The notes beneath the pieces are model-generated. The model saw only the letters and a program-made list of their open reading frames with translations. It did no database searches and was not told the origin of the DNA. A program made the translations under genes and the position numbers. Positions 29,065 to 39,080 of a stretch of DNA of 64,000 nucleotides are shown in pieces. How positions within the stretch are numbered: position 1 is the stretch's first letter; every line of letters begins with the position of its first letter. This stretch comes from an uncultured Verrucomicrobiae bacterium (GTDB lineage Bacteria; Verrucomicrobiota; Verrucomicrobiia; Limisphaerales; Palsa-1400), in NCBI GenBank assembly GCA_963707025.1, contig CAVPOM010000006.1, forward strand, positions 608,001 to 672,000. Reading direction: 5' to 3'.

Positions 29065-29560
29065 TTATTTGCCGTCGTACTTGTCGTGAAGTTCCTTGAT
29101 CTTGGTTTCCGCGGTCGTTTTTTCTTCCGGCGTGGCCTTGGCGAGTTTGTCGTCCACCATGGCCTTTTTGCGCACGCTGGAGTCATAGGCCAGGAACTCG
29201 TAGATCTTCTTGCCGTCGGCCGCGTTGATGTTCGAACCGGGCTTGTTCATCATGCGCTTGATGTAGCGGGACCATTCGTCGGGGAGCGCGTAGTCCGAGT
29301 TGATGGGGCGGCTCAACTTGTGGCACTGCGAGCATTTCTGGGTGAAAAGCTGCGTAGTTGTCCTTGATGACATCCGGGTATTTGGAAACATCAACCGTCG
29401 CGGGGCCTTTCTCGAAGCGCTCAACGCGCGCCTTGGTTTCAGCATCCATTGTCTGCGCGGTGGCGCGCCACAGGCCCGCGCCGGAGATGCCGAGCACAGC
29501 CGCCCCGGCGAGGGCGGCGGCCAGTCTTGTTGTCATTTTCATAAGAGTCATTTTGTTCAT
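29065..29560 (-). CDS. Periplasmic monoheme cytochrome c (1 frameshift, ~29355)
   Basis: Signal peptide in ORF 29183..29560 joins FTQKCSQCHKLSRPINS...EWSRYIKRM in ORF 29065..29445. Confidence 0.8.
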
Positions 29561-30910
29561 TTAGAATCCGTAGGAGAGTTGAAACACAAACGAAGTGGGA
29601 GGCAGGGCGCCGGGACCGCGGCTGTGCATCCATTCGTAGTCGCCCTCGAACCACAACGTGTTGGAAAAGTAATAGACATAGCCTGCGGTGTAGCGTTCTG
29701 TTTTGGTTCCCTGGCCGTCGTTTTCGCAATCAAAGCGGCCGACCAACTCGATATTGTTGATGTAGGGAAGATCCAGATTCAGGCCGGACAGTTTGTAGCC
29801 CGCCTGGGTCCACCATCCATGGGGATCGAGTTGGCCCAGGTCGTCGCTGCCGTACCACGTTTGGATATACTCGCCCTTCAGTTCAAAGTTGGGGCTGAGG
29901 TGGATGGCGGCATCCAGCACGCCGGCCGACCAGAGGTGGCTCCCGTTATCGCTCCAAGAGCCGGTCTGGCCTGAAACCCCCAGTTCCAGATCATAGTGAG
30001 GCGCCCAGGGGTAAAACCAACCGAGGCGGCCGCCGCCGCTGGGATCCGCATGCCAGTTCGGCGTGTCGCCCACATTGCCGCCCAGATCCAGCGCGCTGGC
30101 GTTGGCCATCGAGTTGCTGGCGCCGGAGGACGGTCCGTTGACCCCGTAAACCGAATAGGTGACCATCTGCCCGGACTCACCCACCGGGACGGCCCCGCGC
30201 AACTGGACGCCCACGCCGCTGGCCGGCAGAACGTCCCGAACCAGCGGGTCATCCGGGATCTTGTTGAGCCAGCCGGCGCCCCGCTCGCTATACGTGCCCA
30301 GCGGCAGCAGCATGTCGCCCGCCACCACCGTCACGTAATCGTTCCAGAGATAATCCAACTGGCCGAAACTCATGCTAAAGGAGGTCGAACTGCCTGGAGC
30401 ACGGTTGCCGTTCTGATCCACGTTGTTGTTCAGAATGGTGTCGAATCCCGCCTCGACCAGCACGTTGTCGCTGGCGCGGAACAGGAAAATGGGAGCAAAA
30501 TCAGCCAGGGCAAAGGCGCTGTGCTGCCCGGCCGTTTTTCCAAATTGCGCCTCGGCATCCCCGACAATGGTGAAGTTGTGCATCGGCCCCTGGGAGGCGT
30601 TGACGACGGGATAGGTGGATTGCACCTTGGCCACATTGTCGGCCGTCTGTTGCGCGTTGGTGGCGGCGGTTTTGGTTTCGCCCAACTGCTTTTGCAATTG
30701 CTGGATGACTTGTTGGTCTTGTTCGTGCGCCTTCTGGTCCTGCTCGTGGGTCTGCTCGAGCTTCTGGACTTTGTCGCCCAATTGTTCGACCATTTTCTTC
30801 AAGGCATTGAAGTCGTCGGTGCTCACTTGGGCCGAGGCCCGCTGGGGCAGAACCGCCCCCAGCGCGCAGGCGGCGGCCAAAGCTCCAAGAATCAGGGAAG
30901 TTTTTTTCAT
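29561..30910 (-). CDS. Outer-membrane beta-barrel (porin) with N-terminal coiled coil
   Basis: Signal peptide, Q/K/E-rich heptad region, amphipathic aromatic-rich strands, C-terminal FQLSYGF (BAM-type signal). Confidence 0.8.
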   Translation of the reverse strand: MKKTSLILGALAAACALGAVLPQRASAQVSTDDFNALKKMVEQLGDKVQKLEQTHEQDQKAHEQDQQVIQQLQKQLGETKTAATNAQQTADNVAKVQSTYPVVNASQGPMHNFTIVGDAEAQFGKTAGQHSAFALADFAPIFLFRASDNVLVEAGFDTILNNNVDQNGNRAPGSSTSFSMSFGQLDYLWNDYVTVVAGDMLLPLGTYSERGAGWLNKIPDDPLVRDVLPASGVGVQLRGAVPVGESGQMVTYSVYGVNGPSSGASNSMANASALDLGGNVGDTPNWHADPSGGGRLGWFYPWAPHYDLELGVSGQTGSWSDNGSHLWSAGVLDAAIHLSPNFELKGEYIQTWYGSDDLGQLDPHGWWTQAGYKLSGLNLDLPYINNIELVGRFDCENDGQGTKTERYTAGYVYYFSNTLWFEGDYEWMHSRGPGALPPTSFVFQLSYGF

Positions 30911-30927
30911 GGGTCAAATCCTCTGGT

Positions 30928-31338
30928 TTAGTTGCTGCTCTCCTCCTGGAGGTACTTGAGCACCTCCCTGGCCTGCGGCGCGGGAAGGTTGGCCCGGACG
31001 CGCATGTGCGTCAGGACCGTCTTCCACTGGGACGGCGTGAATTCGGTGGGATACCGTTCCGCGTGGCAACGGCTGCAGTTGATGGCATACAAATCGGCGC
31101 CGGTGAGCTTTTTTGCCATCTGCTTCTCTTTGGTGTCTTTGGTCTCCTTGTTGGCGCCGGCGGCCGCGGTGTTCGTGGATTGCGGGTCGGCGCAGGCGAC
31201 CAACACGCCGGACACCACGCAGATGGCCGCCGCCAGGGCCGCGAGACTGAGCCAGGCCCGCAGCCGCAACTTCAATGGATGGGAACGCTTCATGGTTGTC
31301 CTTGGGTTGAGGTTATTCATCGCCAGGTTGCATTTCAT
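30928..31338 (-). CDS. Small monoheme cytochrome c, possibly a lipoprotein
   Basis: Hydrophobic leader ending LVAC, GADLYAINCSRCH, QWKTVLTHMRVRANL (candidate Met/His axial ligand). Start uncertain. Confidence 0.8.
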   Translation of the reverse strand: MKCNLAMNNLNPRTTMKRSHPLKLRLRAWLSLAALAAAICVVSGVLVACADPQSTNTAAAGANKETKDTKEKQMAKKLTGADLYAINCSRCHAERYPTEFTPSQWKTVLTHMRVRANLPAPQAREVLKYLQEESSN

Positions 31339-31470
31339 GGTGCCCTTTCAAGCATGGTGAAATGATTAAGCTGGCGCAGAGAAAGCCGCTACTGGCCGGT
31401 TGGCTTTTGCTTATGGGCTATTGCGGTGGGGACAGCCGGGCGCCGCCTTGGGCGCGCCGGGCAGGCGGGA

Positions 31471-32358
31471 TTAAAAAGGCAATTGCGCGCGCAACGTCTC
31501 GCGGTATTCCGTCGGCGCCATCCCGACAATGCGCTTGAACACGCTGTTAAACTGGGGAATGGAGCCGAAGCCGGCCGCGTAAACCACTTCGGAGATCCGC
31601 AGCGAGGAATCCACCAGCAGCGTCTTGGCTTTTTCCACGCGCACCCGCGCCACGTATTCGGTCAGCGTCATGCCCGCGCCTTTTTTGAAAAGCTTGCAGA
31701 AATAAAACCGGCTGACATGCACATGCCGGGCCACTTGCGCCAGCACGATCGGCTCCTCCACGTGGGTTTGGACAAACTGCTTGGCGCTGACCACGGCCAC
31801 CGGTTCTTCATTGGCGCTGGCCAAAACCTGGCGGCTGGCGTAATCGGTCAGATATTGCGCGAACACGGTCAGGAGTTGAATGATCGCCTCGAATCGTTCC
31901 GCATCCACCACCGGCGTCTCGAAATAAGCCTTGCGCGCCTTCTTCTCCCACTCGGCGCTTTGCCCGAGCAGGGCGGCCACCATTTTGAAATCGCGCTCTG
32001 TTGGCTCGCGGCGGAACACCTGGCCGCTCAACAGCGTGGCGACGTGCCGGCCCCCGATCACCACCGGCACCGCCACATCGGTCAGGCCGCAAAAACAATT
32101 GATCTGTTGCGCCGTTAATTTCTTCCCGGCCAGGCGCTGGACTCGAATCTGCGTTTCCAGGCACGCATCGCATCCCGAAGGCGTGCCCGCCGCCAACCGG
32201 CAAAAAGCGTTCTCATCCTTTCCCAGATTCAGCCGGTGCCTGGGTTCGCCCGGCGGCACCACCTTGAGCGACGCCCCGGTGGCTTTGCGGAACGCTGCCT
32301 CGTAAAACTCAATCACGGGCAGGCGCGCCAGGTTTTCAAATTCCACTTGCTTCACCAT
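31471..32358 (-). CDS. AraC-family regulator with PocR-type sensory domain
   Basis: Cys-rich N-domain (NAFC...CDAC...CFCGLTDVAVPV...GQV) plus double HTH (RISEVVYAAGFGSIPQFNSVFKR). Confidence 0.88.
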   Translation of the reverse strand: MVKQVEFENLARLPVIEFYEAAFRKATGASLKVVPPGEPRHRLNLGKDENAFCRLAAGTPSGCDACLETQIRVQRLAGKKLTAQQINCFCGLTDVAVPVVIGGRHVATLLSGQVFRREPTERDFKMVAALLGQSAEWEKKARKAYFETPVVDAERFEAIIQLLTVFAQYLTDYASRQVLASANEEPVAVVSAKQFVQTHVEEPIVLAQVARHVHVSRFYFCKLFKKGAGMTLTEYVARVRVEKAKTLLVDSSLRISEVVYAAGFGSIPQFNSVFKRIVGMAPTEYRETLRAQLPF

Positions 32359-32824
32359 TTCACAGTAGCATGCGCCGACATGGCAACAAGCCTGAACGTC
32401 GGGCCGGTCTCATCTTCTCTTAAGCAGAACCCCCGCGGGAAAAAGCAAGATCGCCCCCTCCCCGCTTGTCATGGCCCGGCTCAGGGCACCGCCGTGCTCA
32501 ACCAGCGCCAACCTGGCGCCGGAGGCGATGGTTGAACCGCGTTCGCCTGGGAAGGACGGAATCCGTTGAACATTTCGGTCATTGAAGGGGGCTGGCTCGC
32601 TGTGTAGTCTGCCGGTGCAACCGTTTGCGCCTGCCCGGTGGAACGGCCGGCGCGGCCAATCTTTTTATCAGTCAAATCTCAATCCATTGAACGCCAACGG
32701 ATTTGATGCCGTGATCAACCCGGTGGTCATCGAGCCCGTGGTCCAATTCACGCTCTACCTCCAGATGCGCTACGACATTGACCTGAAGAAGAGCAAGCCG
32801 GCCGGACGTTTGGTTCCTTGAAGG

Positions 32825-33934
32825 CTAAGGTTGCACGCCGTAGTCCTTCACCACCTTGTCGTACTGCGCCATTTTTTCGGGGATGACCGCGCCGCTGTTA
32901 TCAAAGAGTTGTTGCCGGTTGCCCGATTGCGTGGGTTCCCAAACGAACGTGCCCAAGCCCCGGTGCCCGGGCAGGTTGTGCATGATTTCATTGGATTCCG
33001 CGATTTCGAAGGTGACCTCGGCAACGAGGAAGGAGAGTTTGGGATAGCGCGCGGCCAGGTCGTCAAAGTTGGCTTTCCACTTGTTCGGCGGGCCTTGCCA
33101 GCGGCTGTAACAGGATTCGCCCAGGATGTCGAAGGAAACGCCGTGCGCCAGCGCGGCATCCACCCAGCGGCGCGAAGCGGCATTGTCGCCGCCCTTGTCA
33201 ATGTGCAGCACGACGAGAATTCTGGGGTCCACCTCCTTGACGCCGGCAATGCCGGCCTTGAGCAGTGAAGAGAGGATGTCCCAATTGCGCGCGCTGCCTT
33301 CCGGCTGGGTGGAGACGGTTTGCGGGCCGCCGCCGCGCCGTCCGGGCAGTGCGTTGAGGAGCATGCCGGGGGTGATTTCATTGCCGATTTGCACCATGTC
33401 CGGTTCGCCTCCGGCGTTCTTGAGTTGGGTGATGACCGCCTTGGTGTAGTCCTGCACGGTTTGGATCAGTTGATCCAGCGGCAGGTCGCGCCAGGCCAGG
33501 GGCTTGGTTTGTTTGCCCGGATCGGCCCAGGTGTCGCTGTAGTGGAAATCGAGCAGCAGGCCCAGGCCGGCCTCCTTCACCCGCCTGGCCATGAGCGTGG
33601 TTTGAGCCAGACCGCAGTAACCCTGCCGGCTGTAGCCGCCCTGATTGGTGGGTTCGACGAATATCCGGAGGCGGATGTAATTAAAGCCGTGGTCCTTCAG
33701 GATTTGCAAAATGTCCTTCGGCACTCCCCGGTCGCTGAACTTCAGGCCGCGCGCCTCGGCGGCCGGGACTGACGAAATGTCCGCGCCGACGATGAAGCCG
33801 GGCAGGTAGGGCACCTTCTGGCGGGCGTCGCCGCTCCCCGCCGGATTGGCGCTCCCGCAACCCGCCAAACCGGTCGCGATGGCCAGGACCAGCAGAGCGA
33901 GCGCGAGCCGCCCGGGGGGATGCGCTTTTTTCAT
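32825..33934 (-). CDS. GH53 endo-beta-1,4-galactanase (lipoprotein)
   Basis: GADISS, HGFNYIRLRIFV, DFHYSDTWADPGKQ, MVQIGNEI, FVWEP; lipobox LAGC. True start is MKKAHP. Confidence 0.92.
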   Translation of the reverse strand: MKKAHPPGRLALALLVLAIATGLAGCGSANPAGSGDARQKVPYLPGFIVGADISSVPAAEARGLKFSDRGVPKDILQILKDHGFNYIRLRIFVEPTNQGGYSRQGYCGLAQTTLMARRVKEAGLGLLLDFHYSDTWADPGKQTKPLAWRDLPLDQLIQTVQDYTKAVITQLKNAGGEPDMVQIGNEITPGMLLNALPGRRGGGPQTVSTQPEGSARNWDILSSLLKAGIAGVKEVDPRILVVLHIDKGGDNAASRRWVDAALAHGVSFDILGESCYSRWQGPPNKWKANFDDLAARYPKLSFLVAEVTFEIAESNEIMHNLPGHRGLGTFVWEPTQSGNRQQLFDNSGAVIPEKMAQYDKVVKDYGVQP

Positions 33935-34054
33935 GATGCGGAGACTTGCATCGCCTGGAGAACAGCGCAATTCAATTTTGACGAACCTCCTCCGCCATGC
34001 AGGAAGAAAAAAGTATGTCCGATCAGGCCGGACCCGTTTATCATTGATTGAATC

Positions 34055-35556
34055 ATGAAGAATGCCATCCGCATTGCTGCCGCCATGCTGCCGGCGTGGT
34101 CCATCCTGGCGGCCTCCTCCGGCGCCGTGGCGCCCAAGCCCAACATCGTGCTCATCATCGCCGACGACCTCGGTTTTGGCGACACGGGCTGCTACGGCGC
34201 GACTAAAATTCCGACGCCGAACATTGACCGGCTCGGCCGGCAGGGACTTCGCTTCACCGATGCCCACGCCACTTCCGCCACCTGCACTCCCTCGCGCTTT
34301 GCCATGCTGACCGGCCAGTATCCGTGGCGCAAGCGGGGCACCGGAATTCTGCCGGGCAACGCCGCCCTCATCATAGATCCGCAGCGCGCCACGCTGCCGT
34401 CCATCCTGAAAATGGCGGGTTACTCCACCGGCGTGGTGGGCAAGTGGCACCTCGGCCTGGGCGGGCCGGGCGGACCGGATTGGAATGGCGAGATCAAGCC
34501 CGGCCCCCTTGAAATTGGTTTTGATTATGCCTTCCTGCAACCGGCCACCGGCGACCGCGTGCCGTGCGTTTATGTCGAGAACCACCGGGTCTTTGGCCTG
34601 GATCCAAAGGATCCCATTCAGGTCAGCTACGGCCAGCCGATTGGCGACGAGCCGACCGGCAAAAACCACCCGGAGTTGCTCAAGATGGGTTTGAGCCAGG
34701 GCCACGACGGAACTATTATTGACGGCATCAGCCGCATCGGCTTCATGACCGGCGGCCACGCCGCCCGTTGGAAGGACGGGGACAAGGCCGACGTTCTGAC
34801 GGGCAAGGCCGTGGACTTCATCGAGCGGAGCGCGAATCGTCCGTTTTTTCTCTACTTCGCCACGCACGATCCGCATGTGCCGCGCGTGCCCAACGCGCGT
34901 TTTGCCGGCAAGAGCGGCTGCGGCGTGCGCGGGGATGTCATCGTGGAATTCGACTGGTGCGTCGGGAAAATTCTGTCCACGCTCGACCAAATGAACCTGG
35001 CCTCGAACACCCTGGTGATTTTGAGCAGCGACAACGGCCCGGTGATTGACGACGGTTACGACGACCGCGCCGAGGAGGATTTGCACGGCCACAGGCCGGC
35101 CCGTTGCGCGGCGGCAAATACTTTGTCTATGAAGGCGGCACGCGCGTGCCCTTCATTGTCCGCTGGCCGGGGCGGGTGACGCCCGGCGTTTCCGACGCCC
35201 TGGTGAGCCTGGTGGATTTTTCGGCTTCGTTCGCCGCCCTGACCGGCCAGACCATTGCTGCTGGCGATGCGCCCGACAGCGTCAATGTTCTGCCCGCGCT
35301 GCTGGGCGAAAGCAAAAACGGCCGCGACAAACTGGTGGAGCATGACGGCTCCTCCATCTTCGGCTTCCGCGACGGCCTGTGGAAATGGATTCAACCCGAT
35401 CTGCGCCCCCGCCCGTTCTATTCGCTTTTGGGAGAACTCTACGACCTTGGCCGCGACCTCGGCGAAACGAACAATCTCGGTTCCGCGCTGCCCGCCACCA
35501 GCCAAAAGTTGTCCGGCGAACTGGAGGAGGCGCGCCAGGCCTGCCGCCGGCAATAA
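34055..35556 (+). CDS. Arylsulfatase (Cys-type), frameshifted at ~35100
   Basis: PNIVLIIADDLG, CTPSR, GKWHLG, SDNG, then LRGGKY...EGGTRVPFIVRWPG and ELYDL in the next frame. Confidence 0.88.
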
Positions 35557-35584
35557 CCGGCGGTGGCCATCCTCGCCCGGCTGC

Positions 35585-36808
35585 CTACCGGAACAACTGG
35601 GGCGCGAATTCGCCGAGGTAGTTGCGCCAGTTGATCCAAGTGTGCGCGCCGGGGGACTCGACGAAGACCGGATTAAAGCCGTGCTTTTTGAGGACTTCCA
35701 CGGTGGCGCGGGAACTGGTGATCAGGCCGTCGTCCTTGCCGGTGCTCATCCATATAAGTTTAATGCCCTTCTTGAGCTTGGGGTTGTCCAACACGTCCTT
35801 GTGACGTTCTTCCCAGCCGCTCGTGCCGCCCGCATTCATCAGGCTCGCTCCTGAACTGAACACGGCGATGTAAGCAAATTTGTCCAAGGTGGCGAAGGCG
35901 GCGTTCAAGGTCTGGCTGCCGCCCATGGACAGGCCGGCGATGGCACGGCGCGCTCTATCGGTGTAAACGCGATAGTGGCTTTCCGCATAGGGCATGATAT
36001 CGCCGAGAAAATCTTCCTGGAATTCGTCGCGAGGCGGGCCGCCCGCCGCGGCGCCGCCGCCGCGCCGGCCCATGGCGGAGGTGTGCCCGGCCGGCATCAC
36101 CACGACCATGGGCTTGGCTTTATGGTCGGCAATCAGGTTGTCCAGGATGAATCCCGCCCGGCCGACGGTGGACCAGGCGTCATCGCTGTCGCCGGCGCCG
36201 TGGAGGAGATAGAAAATGGGATAGCGGCCCGATCCCTTTTCATAACCGGGCGGCGTATAAACATGCATGCGGCGGAAGCGGTTGAGCGCCTTGGAAAAAT
36301 AGGTCACCGTTTCGACCGCGCCGTGCGGCACGTTGCGCGTGTCCATCAGGTCCGAGCCGGGAACATTGACCAGGCTCCAGATGGCCTCGTTGGACTCGCT
36401 GGTGGTCGCCGTCTCGGCGGTTGCCGGATTGCGCGGCGCAACCACGGAAAGGCCGTCCACATTGAAATTATAGCGGTACTCTCCCGGCTGGACCGGGCCG
36501 ACGGTCCCCTCCCAAAGGTTATTGGTGTTTTTGGCGAGGATCAGACTGCTGCCGCCGACGGGAATGTCACCGGCGTTGACGCGGACAGATTGCGCGTTTG
36601 CAGCCAGAATACGGAAGGTGATGTGGCCATCGGCGGAGACTTCCACCGGGGCGGGGCGCGGCGGTCCGCCGCGGCCGCGGCCGCCGCGGGCAGGCGGCGG
36701 CGCGTTCGTCCCGGGCGCGGCCGCCTGGGCGAGGCAATCGGGCATGAGTGTGAAAGTTGCCAGCGCCGTGGCGGCAAGAACAGCAAGACAGGACGGATAT
36801 GTTTTCAT
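35585..36808 (-). CDS. CBM48-like plus CE1 esterase (feruloyl/acetyl esterase type)
   Basis: GEYRYNFNVDG, VPHGAV, VYTPPGY, YLLHGAGD, GLSMGG, GAHTWINWRNYL; start MKTYPS. Confidence 0.88.
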   Translation of the reverse strand: MKTYPSCLAVLAATALATFTLMPDCLAQAAAPGTNAPPPARGGRGRGGPPRPAPVEVSADGHITFRILAANAQSVRVNAGDIPVGGSSLILAKNTNNLWEGTVGPVQPGEYRYNFNVDGLSVVAPRNPATAETATTSESNEAIWSLVNVPGSDLMDTRNVPHGAVETVTYFSKALNRFRRMHVYTPPGYEKGSGRYPIFYLLHGAGDSDDAWSTVGRAGFILDNLIADHKAKPMVVVMPAGHTSAMGRRGGGAAAGGPPRDEFQEDFLGDIMPYAESHYRVYTDRARRAIAGLSMGGSQTLNAAFATLDKFAYIAVFSSGASLMNAGGTSGWEERHKDVLDNPKLKKGIKLIWMSTGKDDGLITSSRATVEVLKKHGFNPVFVESPGAHTWINWRNYLGEFAPQLFR

Positions 36809-37036
36809 TTTATTTTTGCCCGCGGAAACGTGAACCCGGAGGCTGGCTGTGTCCATGGAAACAACTCTTGCATGTCCGGGCATCATGGTTCTGGCGCTTT
36901 GAGTATCCGATCCGCGTCCGCCGTGCAAGACAAGAATTGTCATTTGAGGATGGAAGTTGATCTGTCGCGGGAGAAGGGCCAGAATCCGGCCATTATGGCA
37001 CTCGAAAAACCGGCGGCAAATTCCGTCCAGGCATAA

Positions 37037-37291
37037 CTCTACAGCGGCTGCCTCCAGATGGAGCGGGGCGACAACCGGATGTATCGCTGGTACATTGCCA
37101 ACCCGGCGCGCTTCCAACAGTCGCTCGAAGTCCAAATCCAGAACCAGCACCAAAACGGCACACCAACCACCAGCGACGCCGATGACTACACCAGTGTCGC
37201 CTTCTGGTACCAGGAAAATCCGCATCCAGCCTTCAGGTTGCAATCCTTCTTGGAGCGCACGGCGCCCAGCCGCGCACGCGGGACGAAGTAA
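37037..37291 (+). pseudogene. C-terminal remnant of a DUF2961/GH172-like glycoside hydrolase
   Basis: YRWYIANPARFQQSLEVQI...DDYTSVAFWYQENPH resembles the DUF2961 C-terminus; an in-frame stop lies just upstream and no N-terminal part is present. Confidence 0.65.
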
Positions 37292-37362
37292 AGGAAGCCC
37301 CTTGCGATTGCAAGTGATCCGCCGATTTTGGCTTTTGTTTTCCTCTCTATTGCTCTTCCAAG

Positions 37363-38976
37363 CTAAAGGCTTCCCTCGAAAAAGAGCGCGGCCCCGGAGG
37401 CGGGTTCCAGTTCGATTTTCACCTGGCCGTTCGCACTGATGAGGGACTCTTCGCGGAGCGGCTTCCAGGTCGTTCCGGGCGTGATTTGCGCTCCGGCAAG
37501 CGTCACATCCGAAATGGCGGTCAGTCCGGGTGCGAGCAACCGCCACAGCTTTGCGTTGTGTGCGGAGGGGATGGAAATCGGCAGCTTTTGCCGGGCATGC
37601 TTATTGAGCAGGACGAGCCGGGTGGACTCCTCCGGCGACTCCGCCGCCCAAGCGGCGGCGTTGGCCGGGGCATGATCGAAGCGCACTGGGCGCATTCGGG
37701 CTCCAGCAAGAATTCCAGCCAATCGCATGCCATAGAAGACCGGTCGGGCGGTAAAGCCATGCTCACGACTGCCGGCGATCGGGGTGTAAAAGGTGCCGTC
37801 GGTGGCCACGGCAGCGGCGTCTGGGGCGACTTGCTCGCCGGGCAGATGTCCGCCGAGGGCGCTGCGAATGGCATTGGTACTCCCACCATGGAGGTTTACT
37901 CCGCTACAGCCAAAACTGGCCATTTTAAGGAGGTAATCTGCAGCCCAGAGCGCCGAGCAAAAGGCGTTGCTCACCCCCGGCTTGCCGCCCCGGTAGCACG
38001 AATTTCCCTCGGTCATTCGGTAGGCAAGGTGGCTGGCATTGGCCACACTGACCATGCGCGGCACGTCCCGGTCCAAATTGCGATCAGTGCCGAGCAGCCG
38101 CTCGACGGTGGAGCGCGGATCATCCGGGGGACCCATGACGAAATAATGGCCGCTACAGGTCACGACCTTGCCGGGTAACATTGGCGGAGCTTCCTGCGCG
38201 AAGCGCGATACCCACTGCGCGTTTGAACCGATGTCCGGCCCGCCGAAAACCGCTTCCGGAACGCGGGCGATCACGGCTCGCGCGAATGTCGTCCATTGGG
38301 CGAGGTATTTGTCAAAGTTCCAGTCCTGGGGACGCAACCGGTTGTTGGCGTCGCGGTAATACTCAGGTTCGTTGCCGATCTGAAAATAAAGCAGCCGCGA
38401 GCCCAATCGCTTGGCAACATAAGCCGCCTCCTCCGCGTTGCTTTCGGGCGTGCTGGTTCCGAGGTTCAAACCGTAAATCGCCTTCCAATCCGTCGCCTCA
38501 AGAAAACCCGCCAGACGATCAACCGCGACCGGTTCGATCGCCGAGAAAGAGTGCGGCATCCAATTGTCCGGGCGGGCAGCGGACTCGGGCAAATCCGGCG
38601 GCTTGTCGGCGGCCCCCGTCTTCCACCAGCAAAACTCACTGGAATTGCCGCCGATGCGCAAAACGCCGTCCGAAGTAAGCGACGCAAAAAGGGATACCAG
38701 CTCCCGATTGTCTGCGGCAAAAAAGGCCGGATCTGCCAGTTGCGCCGATTCATAGCTCAAACCAAGGTAATCGCGCGGCACAGCCTTGGCCGCTGCTTCT
38801 CCGAAGGAGAGACTCACTTCCATGTCACTCTCCTGCGCCCAAGCGGGAAGTTTTGCCAGCGCGCCGGATGCCAACGCGGCCGCGGTAACGAATCGCCGCC
38901 GGTTAATAAGCCGCACCGGGTGAGCATGCTTGCCGCCAAACTTCTCATGGTTCCAAACCACGGGCTTGTTCGTCAT
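37363..38976 (-). CDS. GH79-like beta-glucuronidase with Tat signal
   Basis: NRRRFV Tat motif, GLSYE, LRIGGNSS, IGNEPE (acid/base), TEGNSCYRGG (nucleophile), SALWAADY, GVNLHGG. Confidence 0.82.
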   Translation of the reverse strand: MTNKPVVWNHEKFGGKHAHPVRLINRRRFVTAAALASGALAKLPAWAQESDMEVSLSFGEAAAKAVPRDYLGLSYESAQLADPAFFAADNRELVSLFASLTSDGVLRIGGNSSEFCWWKTGAADKPPDLPESAARPDNWMPHSFSAIEPVAVDRLAGFLEATDWKAIYGLNLGTSTPESNAEEAAYVAKRLGSRLLYFQIGNEPEYYRDANNRLRPQDWNFDKYLAQWTTFARAVIARVPEAVFGGPDIGSNAQWVSRFAQEAPPMLPGKVVTCSGHYFVMGPPDDPRSTVERLLGTDRNLDRDVPRMVSVANASHLAYRMTEGNSCYRGGKPGVSNAFCSALWAADYLLKMASFGCSGVNLHGGSTNAIRSALGGHLPGEQVAPDAAAVATDGTFYTPIAGSREHGFTARPVFYGMRLAGILAGARMRPVRFDHAPANAAAWAAESPEESTRLVLLNKHARQKLPISIPSAHNAKLWRLLAPGLTAISDVTLAGAQITPGTTWKPLREESLISANGQVKIELEPASGAALFFEGSL

Positions 38977-39080
38977 GGTTGTGAGAGTAGCTAGCCTCGA
39001 TTCAAGCGTCAATTGGCAAGCCGCGCATTGACGCTTATGGCGGCGGGGCGGCTCTCATCACAGCCAAGGAAATCAAAACC

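Noticed and set aside
24400..29400. Programmed frameshifting or phase variation
   Set aside because: Too many sites, with no consistent slippery motif or long homopolymer.
32360..32824. Second att copy of the tRNA-Gln 3' end at the island's left edge
   Set aside because: Not found by eye; only an unassignable gene fragment is present. An exact search is needed.
33935..35092. N-terminal extension of the 755-aa GH53 ORF
   Set aside because: It is the antisense of the sulfatase; a lipoprotein signal starts at 33934.
36809..37546. N-terminal extension of the 653-aa esterase ORF
   Set aside because: Overlaps the GH79 end and the DUF2961 remnant; the signal peptide starts at 36808.
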